From Paraphysomonas bandaiensis (lineage: Eukaryota; Protista; Chrysophyceae), in the NCBI GenBank assembly GCA_965644295.1, contig CBFFRP010000076.1, positions 62,001 to 126,000 of the forward strand: a DNA stretch of 64,000 nucleotides. Reading direction: 5' to 3'. The notes beneath the pieces were generated by a model, which saw nothing but the letters and a program-made list of their open reading frames with translations, had not been told where the DNA came from and did not search any database. How positions within the stretch are numbered: position 1 is the stretch's first letter; each line of letters opens with the position of its first letter. Made by a program: the position numbers and the translations under genes. Positions 41,386-53,769 of the stretch are shown here, one piece after another.

Positions 41386-41804
41386 AGTGGAGGTTGCTAT
41401 AACTTACTAAATGAAAACTGGTATGTTGCAGCACACGTAGTGAGATATGAAGCGATGAAGTTTATAGTGTATATCATTTTTTCTTAGCTAGTTAAATTTC
41501 TTGTTTAGCTTGTAAATGTATGCTCCGAACTTTATATATTACAGTGTTGAACTATGTAATAATTTAGAGAACTCGGATTAGGAAATCTGTTACTTGAAAT
41601 AATTTCTGTCCAAATGCATACAGACGACTTCGATAACGGTTAGCTTTATTACAGATATAGTAAATAGTAAACTATAAACTACACCCAGCAATTTTACCAA
41701 TTGCAGGCGATTCCTTAAGTTCAAGTTAGTTGTTGTACATCTAGCACTATACCACGTGCATCCCTGTTATAATAAGTAGGATACAAAATATTTTTAATTG
41801 AAAG

Positions 41805-42435
41805 TAGTGAATGTCTTATTATTAGCAATTAGCAATAGGCGTTTAAGAATCAGAACTAATATCAGAACAACTAGCTAGTGCTTCACTGATATTCTACAAT
41901 AATTTAACGCCCTGTATCAAGTTATAACACTATTGGATCCCTCAACAAAGTCGGACTCGCACCGTTTCGTGGTGTTCTGGGGGATAAGTACCGGAGAGAT
42001 TCTCTCTGGGAAACTAACGTGAGCCGCAAACATAGTCAGCAGATAATGTTCTGCCCACTCATAGCCGAATGCTTGTGTGGTACTAAGGACACCTATAAGT
42101 GTCACTTGTGTAGACGTCTTTGGGCCTTGACGAATAAACAGGCATCCGGGACAGGGCTACCTGAAGGGTAACCGCGGTATTGGACTGCCTGCTGAAGTCA
42201 AGCATCCGGGATGTTCACCTTAAGGACTCTCAGAACAACGGAAGTGGTCGCACCTTGGTGCTTGCGGCGACGCACAAGCAGCTTTCGTAGCGTGAAGTAG
42301 TAGGATACAAAAAGTGTGTACTGATTAGTTACAGACAGCAGGTAGAGGCCTAACTAGGTTGACTAGCATTCACCTAGCTACTAAATCGGTACATGCTTAT
42401 AACAACACCTACTGCTAATAATAAGACTTTCAATA
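41805..42435 (+). mobile_element. Repeat family A copy with both terminal motifs in inverted orientation
   Basis: TAGTGAATGTCTTATTATTAGCAAT ... TGCTAATAATAAGACTTTCAATA; no TSD seen. Confidence 0.85.
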
Positions 42436-42725
42436 TACACAATTGAATGATTTACTGGACATGTTTGTATATGTATTCACTAATAAATCTTGTTAAAATT
42501 ATTATAAGCAATACCTCTTCTCATTCATCAATTTTATGTCATCTCTACGACCAATCATTTCTCTTACGATCTTACATCGCCACTATCTTGTATATGATCG
42601 ATATAATATTATATTCAGTTTCGTTACTACAGTAGCTATCCTGTTGTTAGTTCTCATAAAACTGTTAACCACTAGTGTATTCTTCGACTAACGGTCATAA
42701 TTTCAATACCTTAGAATTACATGTT

Positions 42726-43725
42726 TATTGAAAGTCTTATTATTAGCAATATAATAGGCGTTAAAAACCTGCGCCAACTTTGTAGCTAAATGAATGCTAG
42801 TCAACCTAGTTAGGCCTCTACCTGCTGTCTGTAACTAATCAGTACACACTTTTTGTATCCTACTACTTCACGCTACGAAAGCTGCTTGTGCGTCGCCGCA
42901 AGCACCAAGGTGCGATTACTTCCGTTGTTCTGAGAGTCCTTAAGGTGAACATCCCGGATGCTTAACTTCAGCAGGCAGTCCAATACCGCGGTTACCCTTC
43001 AGGTAGCCCTGTCCCGGATGCCCTTGACGTGGGCCCATGCCTGTTTATTCGTCAAGGCCCAAAGACGTCTACACAAGTGACACTTATAGGTGTCCCTTGT
43101 ACCACACAAGCATTCGGCTATGAGTGGGCAGAAGAATATCTGCTGACTATGCTTGCGGCTCACGTTAGTTTCCCAGAGAGAATCTCCCCCCCAGAACACC
43201 ACGGAACGGTGCGAGTCCGACATTTTTGAGGGCCTTAGAATTACTGCTTTTAATTGCCCAAACACCAAAAGTTAACAGATAGATGTCAAGTATATCAACA
43301 TTCTGCTTGCTCACTGCGTTTGCTTAGGTTGATAGAGCGAAAGTTGTTGCGCCTTGATACTTGCGGTGAAGAACAGGCAGCTTTCGTAATTATAATCAGA
43401 CATATTCACTACTACTACAACTTAACGCTTTTAACTATAATCAAAAGTTGATAATTATTAGCAATAGAGACGATTCAATGTCAGAACTAGTCAAACGCAT
43501 TGTGCAAGCAGTGTTGATATATACCTGACATCTACTAACTTCAGGATTTTTAAGTCCTTAAGGTGAACGGCCCGGATGCTTGAATTCAGCAGGCAACCCA
43601 CTACCCCGGATGCCCTTGAGGTGGCCCCATTCCCGGATGTTTGTTTATTCATCAAGGCCCAAAGATGTCTACACAAGTGACACTTATATATATTAGTGTC
43701 TCTTGTACCACACGAGCATTCGGTT
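42726..43725 (-). mobile_element. Repeat family A inverted copy (42726-43232) plus further fragments
   Basis: Reverse complement of 41938-42435; more modules at 43270-43725. Confidence 0.87.
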
Positions 43726-44749
43726 GGGTATCAATTAATTGACGCAGGTCGTAGTTAATTATAATTGCAATTATTACTTGCCGTCTCAATTTCAATTATT
43801 CCAATGAATTGAAAATCAACTAATTGATATGCAGCCCTGCTATCTATAATATCTGCTGACTAAATATGCTGCTCACGTTAGATATATATATGACTATATC
43901 CTGTACTTATCAGGCTTGCGTAACAATTAACTGGTTTTCAATTTATTGGCAATAATTGCCAATTAATTGGTTTTAATAGTGATAATTCCAATTATTATTA
44001 TTGGAAATTGTTTCCAATTAATTGCCAATTAATTGCAATTAGTTGGTTGGCTAATTATATATAGCAACTTAAGATGTATAGCTACTGGTCATAGATACAA
44101 ACCCATTATCACAAGTTTGGATGTATGTGCACACAGTCATATTATCATTTTATTAATCATAATTGTGTGCGGCAGTCAATATAAGGGTTACTATACACTC
44201 TAACCTCGGCACGAAAGAGAGTAATATACTATGTCAAATATATTTGGCAAAGAACCAAAATGAGCACCTCAACAACGATCGTCTAGATGCATAGCATATA
44301 AAAGGTGATTGTAGATATTTCACTGTTTCGAAATATTCAAGTATAGTAGTGTAGATGATGTTAGATCGCAAGCCTGGTACTTATCCCCCAAAACACCACG
44401 AAAAGGTGTGAGTCAGACCTTGTTGAGGGTTTCGGCGTGTTAAACTTTTTATGCTCCATGAAAGGCTAAATATGATGGAAAAGGGAAGTTGATGTCGAAT
44501 ATATATAATTAATATAATGCCAGATGGCAGGGCTGCGTATCAATTAATTGTCAATTGTTGAAATTGGGACATAATCAGAAATGCAATTATAATTGACACC
44601 AGCTCGCTTCAATTAATTGATATTAAAAAATCCACCTTTATATGCTCAAAAGTTGATAATAAACGGTATTTTTATTGAGAAAATCTAATTTTTAGGATAA
44701 AAATCGAAGATTGGTGAAAGACTATAATATCCCTGGACTGAAGATAAAT

Positions 44750-47700
44750 TGTAGCAAAATTGGGTATGACAAGTATGGGTGATTTAGGAGGTTGTTATGG
44801 CTGAAGAATAAGATGAAGTGATGTAGGTTGTAGTATGAGATGAGATGTAGATGGTAGTTATGATTAGATTAGAAGATACGAGTATTAAGGCCAGATATAG
44901 GGTTGGAGTGTACCGTGACTATCCGTATATACGGATGTAATGGACGTTTATGGTAACCCGTACAGTATTATGATGGTATACGTAGGTATTCTGTAGGATG
45001 ATATAGGAGTAGATAGCAGGATGTTAAGGGATTTCTATATGATTATTTCTGGAAGTAGAAAACTAGCTATTTATGGCTGGGAAACCACTTCTAGAATTAA
45101 CTATGGGGATATAGGTAGAAGGATATGGAGTTTTAGATATAATAGTGAAAGTTGATATCGTAGTTGAGTTGAAAGTTAAGAAGTAGCGAAGTAAAGAGTA
45201 AGAAGAGGAAGTTAAGTGAAGAGTGTTGTGAGAAGACTATCCTACCCCACATCACCTGTGCACATGGACAGGGATGATAAGACCAGCAATGTTAGTCATG
45301 ATAGCGAGGCTCAATCACCCGTAGTCGTTACACTTGGTGGACAACGTGGGCTGGGTACAGTGGTTGAGAGTGATCAACTCAGCCATGCGTCACCCAGCGC
45401 ACTATCGGCACGATCTCAGAGAGAGCCTTTGCCAGAAGAGGGAAACATTGAGAGTATCAGCCTAGGCCATGAGGGAGAGGAGAGACAGGAGACTAAGGAG
45501 GAACTGCGGTCCCATGCACAGAAGGACCTATTGGAGCACGGGCTGAGGATGCAGAGTATGGATGACAGGAAAGGTGGAACCCAACCCAATTGGTCTGGAA
45601 GGTCTACAGAGCAGATAGAATGGATGCGTGATCCTATTCTTGGAGGCAGAGACCTGGAGATGGGGGATAGGAGTAGTAGAGATGATATGAAGAGCTCGTG
45701 GAGGAGCACAGGAAGAGAAGAGAAAATTAAAAGGAGAGATGATTACGCAAGAGCAGATGATGTGAGGGGCCCGTCAGGAGGTCCTGGATATATTAGAAGA
45801 AAGGATTATGCAACAGATGAAGATGTGAGGGGCCCATTAGGAGGTCCTGGAGATGATTATATGAAAGATGAAGATTTGAGGGGCCCATCAGGAGGTCCTA
45901 GATATAGTAGAAGAGATGATTATATGAAAGATGAAGATTTGAGGGGCCCATCAGGAGGTCCTGGATATAGTAAAAGAGAGGATTATGTGAGAGAAGTGAA
46001 TTTTAGGGACCTATCCAGAGGTCTTGGAGAAGAGATAGAAAAGCAGATGAGAGTACCTGAATGGCTGGTGGAGCCTACTAGAGAACGGAGTGTAAAAGGA
46101 CAGATTGGGAGATTAAGTAGAAGTGTACAGAGTGAAAGAGAGTTGCATCGACTGTTGATGAGAGAATTCGAAATAGGAGTAGGGAATGAAGGGTTGACTG
46201 CAGCGCACCGTCAGGCGTGTGAATATTGGCTCCGGAATCGAAGAAGACTATTGAGTGGTAGTATGGAGACGGGTATAAAGATGCTCAGCCAGCTGACTGA
46301 ACTAAACCGAATAGGGGAGAGGATACAGTATGTGGAGGCTCAGCAAGAGGCGCTATTAGCTGCTAGGAAGGAGTTATCAGAGAAGGCAAGGATGTTGTGG
46401 ATACAAAAAGGAGAGAGCATGTGTGATAGCAATAGAAGGACCTTAGACAGGATGCGTGTAATGGAGGAAGTTGATGAAACAGATAGTGATGACTGGGAGA
46501 ACGACGCAGGAGTATATAGGAAGGGAGTTATGAGAGGGCCTTTATCAGGAATACAGACTATGACACGGGAAGAAGCAGAGACATGTGGATATAAGACATT
46601 CTGCCGCTGGTGTAATATGGTGGGAAAGGAGTACAAGAGTAGTCTGGATCGGCAGTTAGAGGAAAAGTGTCAGAGTTTTCTGAGGACTCGGAATGTTGCG
46701 CAGCATGTGTTTGACTTATTGGGGAAGATACCCATACCTCGATGGATGAGGATGGAGACTGCAGGAAAGCTGAGATTCCAACCTATAGACTTTGATGCTT
46801 TAGGACGCTCTGCAGGAATGGTGAAGAGAGTGGATTGTGTCCAGTTCTTTGATAGTCTTTATGCAGCAGCGCATACTGCGAATATGTCACCCATGAGAAT
46901 ATTAGCGGAGATAAGAGGAGGAACAGTATTCAAAGGAGAGTTAGCTGAAGAGGTAAGATGGAGAATGGCATCAGGTGACTTCGAAATGGACATAGATAGG
47001 AACAGACGAGCAGAGGATACCCCTGAGACGGATGTTGTGGCATGGGGATATGCACTGTATCAGTTCTCCATATTGTTTACAGAAGCCTTCGGGGTAAGGA
47101 TGGATCCTGCAGTATTAATGATGGAGATCGATAGGTTCGAGTTATCCGACGAATCACCACAGGCGTTTGAGAAGTCTCTGATGGAGTTAAGATATTTAAT
47201 TACTCAAGCGGGAGTAACTGAGCCAGAGAGAGAGTTATATCACAAGTTCAAGGTGAAGACTATAGATATGCAACGAGTAGGTAAAAGAGTAGCAGATGAA
47301 GTGGAGAGCATTATCCAAATAAAGCAGTGTATGGGAGTGAGGAACGTGCAATATGATCGGAACTTTTTAGTGTCTACTGTTGCACAGATTGTACCTCGGA
47401 TAGTGGATCAAGACAGTCTTAACAGTAAGAATGAGAAGGTGATAAGGTCGCATGGAGTGTATGCGGGAAGAGCAGCTCCAGAAAAGTGTGAACGAAGGAT
47501 AGATGGTCTAGATAGAAGTACCCGACCATGGAAGTTCCTTAAGTGTGAGACATGTGGGTTTAAACACTATATGAACCGTTTTTGTCCATTTAGAGATGAT
47601 AGGAAGAAAGATGATGGGACATATATGAAATGTGCGGAGTTTAACGGATATAAGCCATGGAGATTTGCTAAGTTTGAGGCGAAGACTTTAGAGAAGATAT

Positions 47701-49251
47701 TTGAGGTCATGAAGCAAAATAGCAAGGCGTGGCAAGAACTTGGAGATGTGTTGAAAAGAAAATTCGTACAAATGGTAGCCCATGCGAAAGAAGAGCAGGT
47801 GAAGGGTATGATGAATGTCTTACATCATGTACGGACCGTAGGAGAGCCGACCAAGGAAAGGGTAGAGGAAGCCAGAGGATTAGAGACGGTGAAGTCAGAA
47901 GATGGAAACCAGCAAGTGTCTAATAGAAAAGTCAGTGTGGCACATACGATGACGTCACCGGTACAACATGATGATAAGAAGATAAGGATGGATACTTTAA
48001 CTTGGTGGTGTGGAGAAGCGATTGTAAGAGGAGAGACAATACCGATGGCAATTCATGTGGATGGTGGATCAGAAGGAGCATTCATGCATGAAGGGCTAGC
48101 AGAGGAAATGGGTTTAGAAGTTCATGAGTATCCAAGGGATCAACAATATTTGGTGATGGGAACTACAGGACAAGGAAGATGTCCGGAAGGAGTGACAAAG
48201 TATGTATATCTATGTATGCGGATAGACGGAGTGGAGTATTATGGTGAAATGTTGGGAGAATTGAAGACTGGACATCCGATACAGAGTATATGGAAGTGTA
48301 AGTTTGATCTGATACCTAATATGACGGCGTCATGCTTATGGGGAGGAGCGGAAGTGAAGGAGTTGAAAGAGCATCGTGCCTTTGTGGTGAGAACACCAGA
48401 GGGTATGCCTGTTGTCATGAAAGGGAAGTCATACGCAGAAACAATAAAATGGATGGCTAAGACGAGACATCGGGTAGCAGAACATCCAGTGTATCAAGAT
48501 AATATGACGGAAGAACGGAGGGTCAATACTGTGTGGAAGACAAGACAATACCCTAACCAGTATTGTGTAAGACAATGATACAGGATGAATCTGTGAGAGT
48601 TCATGTGGTCAATATGAAGCCAGATCGTTATGTTGTTGGACCTATTCAGGTCTTGGATTAGGGGGAAGTGTAGCAAAATTGGGTATGACAAGTATGGGTG
48701 ATTTAGGAGGTTGTTATGGCTGAAGAATAAGATGAAGTGATGTAGGTTGTAGTATGAGATGAGATGTAGATGGTAGTTATGATTAGATTAGAAGATACGA
48801 GTATTAAGGCCAGATATAGGGTTGGAGTGTACCGTGACTATCCGTATATACGGATGTAATGGACGTTTATGGTAACCCGTACAGTATTATGATGGTATAC
48901 GTAGGTATTCTGTAGGATGATATAGGAGTAGATAGCAGGATGTTAAGGGATTTCTATATGATTATTTCTGGAAGTAGAAAACTAGCTATTTATGGCTGGG
49001 AAACCACTTCTAGAATTAACTATGGGGATATAGGTAGAAGGATATGGAGTTTTAGATATAATAGTGAAAGTTGATATCGTAGTTGAGTTGAAAGTTAAGA
49101 AGTAGCGAAGTAAAGAGTAAGAAGAGGAAGTTAAGTGAAGAGTGTTGTGAGAAGACTATCCTACCCCACATCACCTGTGCACATGGACAGGGATGATAAG
49201 ACCAGCAATGTTAGTCATGATAGCGAGGCTCAATCACCCGTAGTCGTTACA
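44750..49251 (+). mobile_element. Complete non-autonomous LTR retrotransposon (gag-protease only; probably Ty3/gypsy-related)
   Basis: 583-bp TG...CA LTRs at 44750-45332 and 48669-49251 with no difference seen by eye; 4-bp TSD AAAT; PBS TGGTGGACAACGTGGG at 45335; PPT AGGGGGAAG ending 48668. Confidence 0.96.
45264..48578 (+). CDS. Gag-like protein with Cys/His knuckle and aspartic protease-like domain; no RT, RNase H or integrase
   Basis: Open about 1100 codons; CETCGFKHYMNRFC; AIHVDGGSEGAFM (D-x-G protease-like) followed by CLWG; no YxDD or DDE region; stop lies about 80 bp before the PPT. Confidence 0.82.
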   Translation: MDRDDKTSNVSHDSEAQSPVVVTLGGQRGLGTVVESDQLSHASPSALSARSQREPLPEEGNIESISLGHEGEERQETKEELRSHAQKDLLEHGLRMQSMDDRKGGTQPNWSGRSTEQIEWMRDPILGGRDLEMGDRSSRDDMKSSWRSTGREEKIKRRDDYARADDVRGPSGGPGYIRRKDYATDEDVRGPLGGPGDDYMKDEDLRGPSGGPRYSRRDDYMKDEDLRGPSGGPGYSKREDYVREVNFRDLSRGLGEEIEKQMRVPEWLVEPTRERSVKGQIGRLSRSVQSERELHRLLMREFEIGVGNEGLTAAHRQACEYWLRNRRRLLSGSMETGIKMLSQLTELNRIGERIQYVEAQQEALLAARKELSEKARMLWIQKGESMCDSNRRTLDRMRVMEEVDETDSDDWENDAGVYRKGVMRGPLSGIQTMTREEAETCGYKTFCRWCNMVGKEYKSSLDRQLEEKCQSFLRTRNVAQHVFDLLGKIPIPRWMRMETAGKLRFQPIDFDALGRSAGMVKRVDCVQFFDSLYAAAHTANMSPMRILAEIRGGTVFKGELAEEVRWRMASGDFEMDIDRNRRAEDTPETDVVAWGYALYQFSILFTEAFGVRMDPAVLMMEIDRFELSDESPQAFEKSLMELRYLITQAGVTEPERELYHKFKVKTIDMQRVGKRVADEVESIIQIKQCMGVRNVQYDRNFLVSTVAQIVPRIVDQDSLNSKNEKVIRSHGVYAGRAAPEKCERRIDGLDRSTRPWKFLKCETCGFKHYMNRFCPFRDDRKKDDGTYMKCAEFNGYKPWRFAKFEAKTLEKIFEVMKQNSKAWQELGDVLKRKFVQMVAHAKEEQVKGMMNVLHHVRTVGEPTKERVEEARGLETVKSEDGNQQVSNRKVSVAHTMTSPVQHDDKKIRMDTLTWWCGEAIVRGETIPMAIHVDGGSEGAFMHEGLAEEMGLEVHEYPRDQQYLVMGTTGQGRCPEGVTKYVYLCMRIDGVEYYGEMLGELKTGHPIQSIWKCKFDLIPNMTASCLWGGAEVKELKEHRAFVVRTPEGMPVVMKGKSYAETIKWMAKTRHRVAEHPVYQDNMTEERRVNTVWKTRQYPNQYCVRQ

Positions 49252-49584
49252 AAATGCTATATTGTGATCATTACTATAAGCGAATAGAGTATAAAAAAAT
49301 TACGTATTCGTGACTGAGGACAGCTAACAATATTAAAAATTTTCTACTTAGCTATCTTATAATATTGCGAATAATGTGCAGAAAATGTTTTAGAACTGCA
49401 GACATATCAGTAATTACGAATTAGCTATTCGCTGCTCTTTTGGAGGCGTACCTACAAGCATAACCTCAAATATGATTGCACTTTCAAATTAGGGAGCATA
49501 CTGGCTGGCAAAATCGAGCATTACAGTGGTAACATATATTCTAAAGACACAGATATTCTAATACATTGCAACGCCTGTCATTAG

Positions 49585-51078
49585 TCATGATACGAATCCT
49601 GTGTTTTCCAGCGTGCTTCGAATAATGACACTCTTGCACGCGTTGAACACAACCATAACGCTGGTTTGGTCCGTTGCACAAGTGACATGCTGAAAGACTT
49701 CTTGGTGCGTCGAATTTCGTTCCATGAACTTTCCAACAAAGTACGCAATACCTTCGTCACGGTTACAAGGGGTGCCAGAATAATCTCTGAAATCGGGTAC
49801 TGACGATATTGGCACATGTTTGATCTGAAAAAAAATGGTACATGAAATTAGAAAAAAGCATAGGCGTATATTTAAACTGTTTTACCTTCTCCTCATACAA
49901 ATCGCTCTTGTTTAGAAAGAGAATCATTGCCGAGTGGACGAACGCACTCTCGTTCACTGTTTGCTCGAATAGATCAAGTGCCTCAGTCTAAATTATCCAA
50001 TAACATTTACACGACTTGACAACAGATTACTAGAAGTGAACAAACCATTCTGTTGACTGAATTTTCTTCGAATAAAGTCTGGTCATACTCAGAGAGAGCG
50101 GCGACAAACATTACGCCATGCACACCCTCAAAACAATGTATCCACTTGCGTCTCTCATTTCGTTGCCCACCTACATCGAAAAACTGGAAAATCTATACAC
50201 ACAATTCCCTGTCAGCAGTAGCAATATACAACATACACGACGCAAGTCTCACTTGATCATCAATTTTAAGCCGCTCCTCACGAATCCCTGTGGTACGAAT
50301 GCGGGCCAGGACGATATCAGACTCAGAGGGAATGTATTCTTCGGTCGCAATCTGGGTAAAGTGAATTAAACACACCATCCACATTAAGAGCTCCAACATA
50401 AGCACCAGGAATAATAGAGCTTACCTCTTCAACACGGTCCAGGAAAAGCGCAGCGGTGTCAGTGATTTGCAGACGGCTTCTATCTGCCCATGCGCGTTCG
50501 ATGGCAGGGGAGCGCCACACCGACTTTATCGCTGCAACATACTCTGGAGAGAGTTCTGGAAATTCTGTGTACGCAGAGGATATTAAAGACATGTTGTATG
50601 TGTGTATTTACGTACTTCTGAATTGGTCCCGAGAGAAGTCTGGCGGGCAAAGAATTTTGAAGCTGTCTGTCTGCACTATTGGATCATCAGGATGCTGTTC
50701 TAAAACCGCAAGACAAAGTTGGCCGATGGCTTCCACTGCATTCTGCCGAATAAATAAACGAAATGACATTTTTTCGTCTTCTGTGTAGGCCTGTATACAT
50801 ATGTATATATGTCAATCACTGTGCGTAGAGCTCATATCTGTACCTCCCCATACAGCAGCCTCATCTGTTTGAATATAGTGCTCTTCCCTGAGTCTCCAGC
50901 CCCTAAACACAAACCCCCTGATACACTTCACATGCAGTAAGAGTCGTTTACCCAGCAGGAGGATCTTGATCTTCTCGGCCTCTGCTCGGTAGTCTCGAGC
51001 ATTCTCTTTATCGATCTTTTTGCTTTGTTCGATAGCCTCCCTCTCGTCTTCGTCTATGCTGGAGCTGCAGATTCCCAT
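49585..51078 (-). CDS. Heterotrimeric G-protein alpha subunit, multi-exon
   Basis: MGICSS lipidation motif, [57 protein letters not shown]. Confidence 0.97.
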
Positions 51079-51633
51079 ACTGAGAGTGGAAGATACCCGA
51101 TAAGGTGCTTAATATGTTTGATATTATATGGGGTTGTATATAGTTATGCTGCTGACAGGGTGTGGATGTGTGTAGAGTGTATCATACTGCCTGAGCTCGC
51201 CTAGAGGGGCGGTATCATGCCTATCTGCATACTGCTGTATCATTCCCGTATTATGTTACCAGCAGGCTACTCGTCACATACTGCTGTGTATGTGGTATTC
51301 CTACATGTCTAGATGTTCATAATAGTAGTGTACTCTGCAAGGAAATATTCAGCGATACGAAGTGTATATATATGTATACTGTGGTATACCGTGATCCAAT
51401 AGAAGAATCTGGTGAGCAAAGAACACTTACATATACACAGCAGTATACCGTATACCTATACAACAGTATTCTGTACCTGTATGACTATGGAATCACCACA
51501 CTGCTGTGGTTCTGTACAGAGCCTCTGGACAATACTCACATAACTCCATGAGCCTCATAAGAACCTTATGAACTATTAGTGAGGATTTAGATACGTCACA
51601 CCTATTCGAATTCGATTAAGTATATTAGTTGTA

Positions 51634-51932
51634 ATGAATTTATTATTGAATTTGGGCGTTCCTCTGTGGGTGTGCATCACTGGTCTCATATGTAAGTGCT
51701 TCAGCACATTCATGTCATGTAATCACTTTCAATAACAGCGCTCATATGTGCCGTATTTTATATATGGCATCTTTACCATCTGCGGATGGAGAGGAATATG
51801 AGAGATCAGGTTAAAAGCATTTTGTTCGAGTATGTGCCCGCAGACGATTACAACTATGTAGAGATGGAAATGGAGGATATATCCACAGGATCTGCTTCAT
51901 TATCGCGCTCGCTATTGCAGAATCGCGTATAG
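51634..51932 (+). CDS. 83-aa single-pass membrane microprotein with vacuolar-sorting-receptor-like tail (exons 51634-51691, 51739-51932)
   Basis: Removing a 47-nt GTAAGT..ACAG intron gives MNLLLNLGVPLWVCITGLISLICAVFYIWHLYHLRMERNMRDQVKSILFEYVPADDYNYVEMEMEDISTGSASLSRSLLQNRV*. Confidence 0.75.
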
Positions 51933-52821
51933 ATAAACATTTACTGCAGTGTGGACTATTTTATTCTGTATATACTACTTATTTATTATTATTTCCATTA
52001 CCATGTTGGTGTAGCGTGAGTTGGATGTGTGGTTGACATAGGTGTCTTGTCTATAGCGTAGAAGTCTGATACCTTGGTGGCGAGTTGCAACTGCATGTTC
52101 TGACATAATAGTACTAAAATATGATCTGTCAAGATAGTCCTATTCTTTGGCGTATTCGATATTGTGGTAATGCGTGGAACAGGAACACGCCGTGACTTTT
52201 GAGATTAGAAACGATAAACTCATAGTCACTAGGGTATGGTACCTTCTAATTTCTGGCTATTCAGATTTGTTAACTAATTCAAGATGCTGCTTAGTACCAA
52301 ATCGTAGCAGTCCGAATTCCATCAGTATATGCGTATATATTATGTATAAATGTATGTAGTATTCGTGGTATGCGTCTGTGCTGCATACTATAACAAAAGT
52401 GATGTGTAATAAGGGTACGGCTATGGTTGCGATTTTTTATATTATTTCTCGAAACACTGCTGTAGATGTTTTGAGTCTATGAGTGAGCTAGAATCCTGAA
52501 ATGTGATATGTAACACGCTGCTATTTTCAACCCTTCAAATATAACACTACCTCTATCATGGTGTGTAAATATTCGGGACTACAAAGTGCAATTCATAGGA
52601 CTGACAGTTGCAAAACATATTAAGTGTATTCTACTTGAACGTTATGTACCAATTATAAATATCATTGCCGTGGTGCCGGGTATGTAATTGGATAGTGGAG
52701 TTCGCGACAAGGATGTATATGGCTGACAACGCAACTATATTCAAATAACAGAGAAATTGGCGGGTATGAATGATCACGACTTCGCAAATGCAAAAACCAT
52801 AAGACAGGTGAAAGAATAAAT

Positions 52822-53769
52822 CTAATTCCCTGCCATTGTGGTCAACGAGTTATCTCCCGCTGACCCATTTCCACCATCTGAGAACCTTTGCTCTCTAGCA
52901 GCGTTGAACTGTGCTACATGTTCGGGGGTACACAAACTCTCTTCCGGGTACGGCCAGTTCCATTTGTATCCGCTATGTGATCCCCCAAGCTCAGTGGGTA
53001 TCTGCGAGTCATCAATGTGTTCCCGTAGCACAGATAGATAGTCAGACCCAACTATACACATTTTATCCCTTGTGACGGGATCTATCCAGGGTTTGACTAC
53101 AGTCCATATCGCAGTAAAATACCATGGACAGTTTATTACAAAGAAGCGTTTCAACCTCTCCGGGTAATACTCCTGGTCTATCTCAAGTATGCGTCGGAAC
53201 ACAGAGAGTGATCGGGTGTCAAGAGAGTAGCTTAATCCTTTCATATTGAATACTATAACTTGTTGCTCCACCGGTTTACCAAGCTTCAATGATATATGAT
53301 GAAGTCGACACATTGCCAGCTCCTATATAAGATAAAGATGGTATAAGAATTCCGTGAAAAAGTGTATAAAACTGTTTCAAACCTGGTTGCGTATGTGACG
53401 TGTGACCATTTCATCCAACGTGATATGATTCGCAAGCTCGCCAAACTTACACGATATATCCCCTGATTGTTCCCAATAAATGGGACACCCTTCTTTGTCT
53501 TGGCCCATATGTGTTAGAGGACACAGTCTAGTATACACACTCTCGTTTCTGTCCACTATCCCATTCAAAAGGGTGCGAGGAGTATCTCCACTTGTGCATG
53601 GGGTTGGTGAGTTCCACCACTCCACCCAGGCTGTTGCCATATCAGCTGCTTTAGAGACATTCCCCTTACGAGCACGCAGAAATCTTTTGCAGTCAGCGGG
53701 AGAGAGCAGATGCTGATGCTTGGGATCGATGAGACCCAGCAGCTGCTCGACTAATTCATCGTCATCCAT
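52822..53769 (-). CDS. Sec14/CRAL-TRIO lipid-binding protein, 2 exons
   Basis: KRFLRARKGNV, GQDKEGCPIYWE, DQEYYPERLKRFFVINCPWYF, KPWIDPVTRDK, QIPTELGG. Confidence 0.94.
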
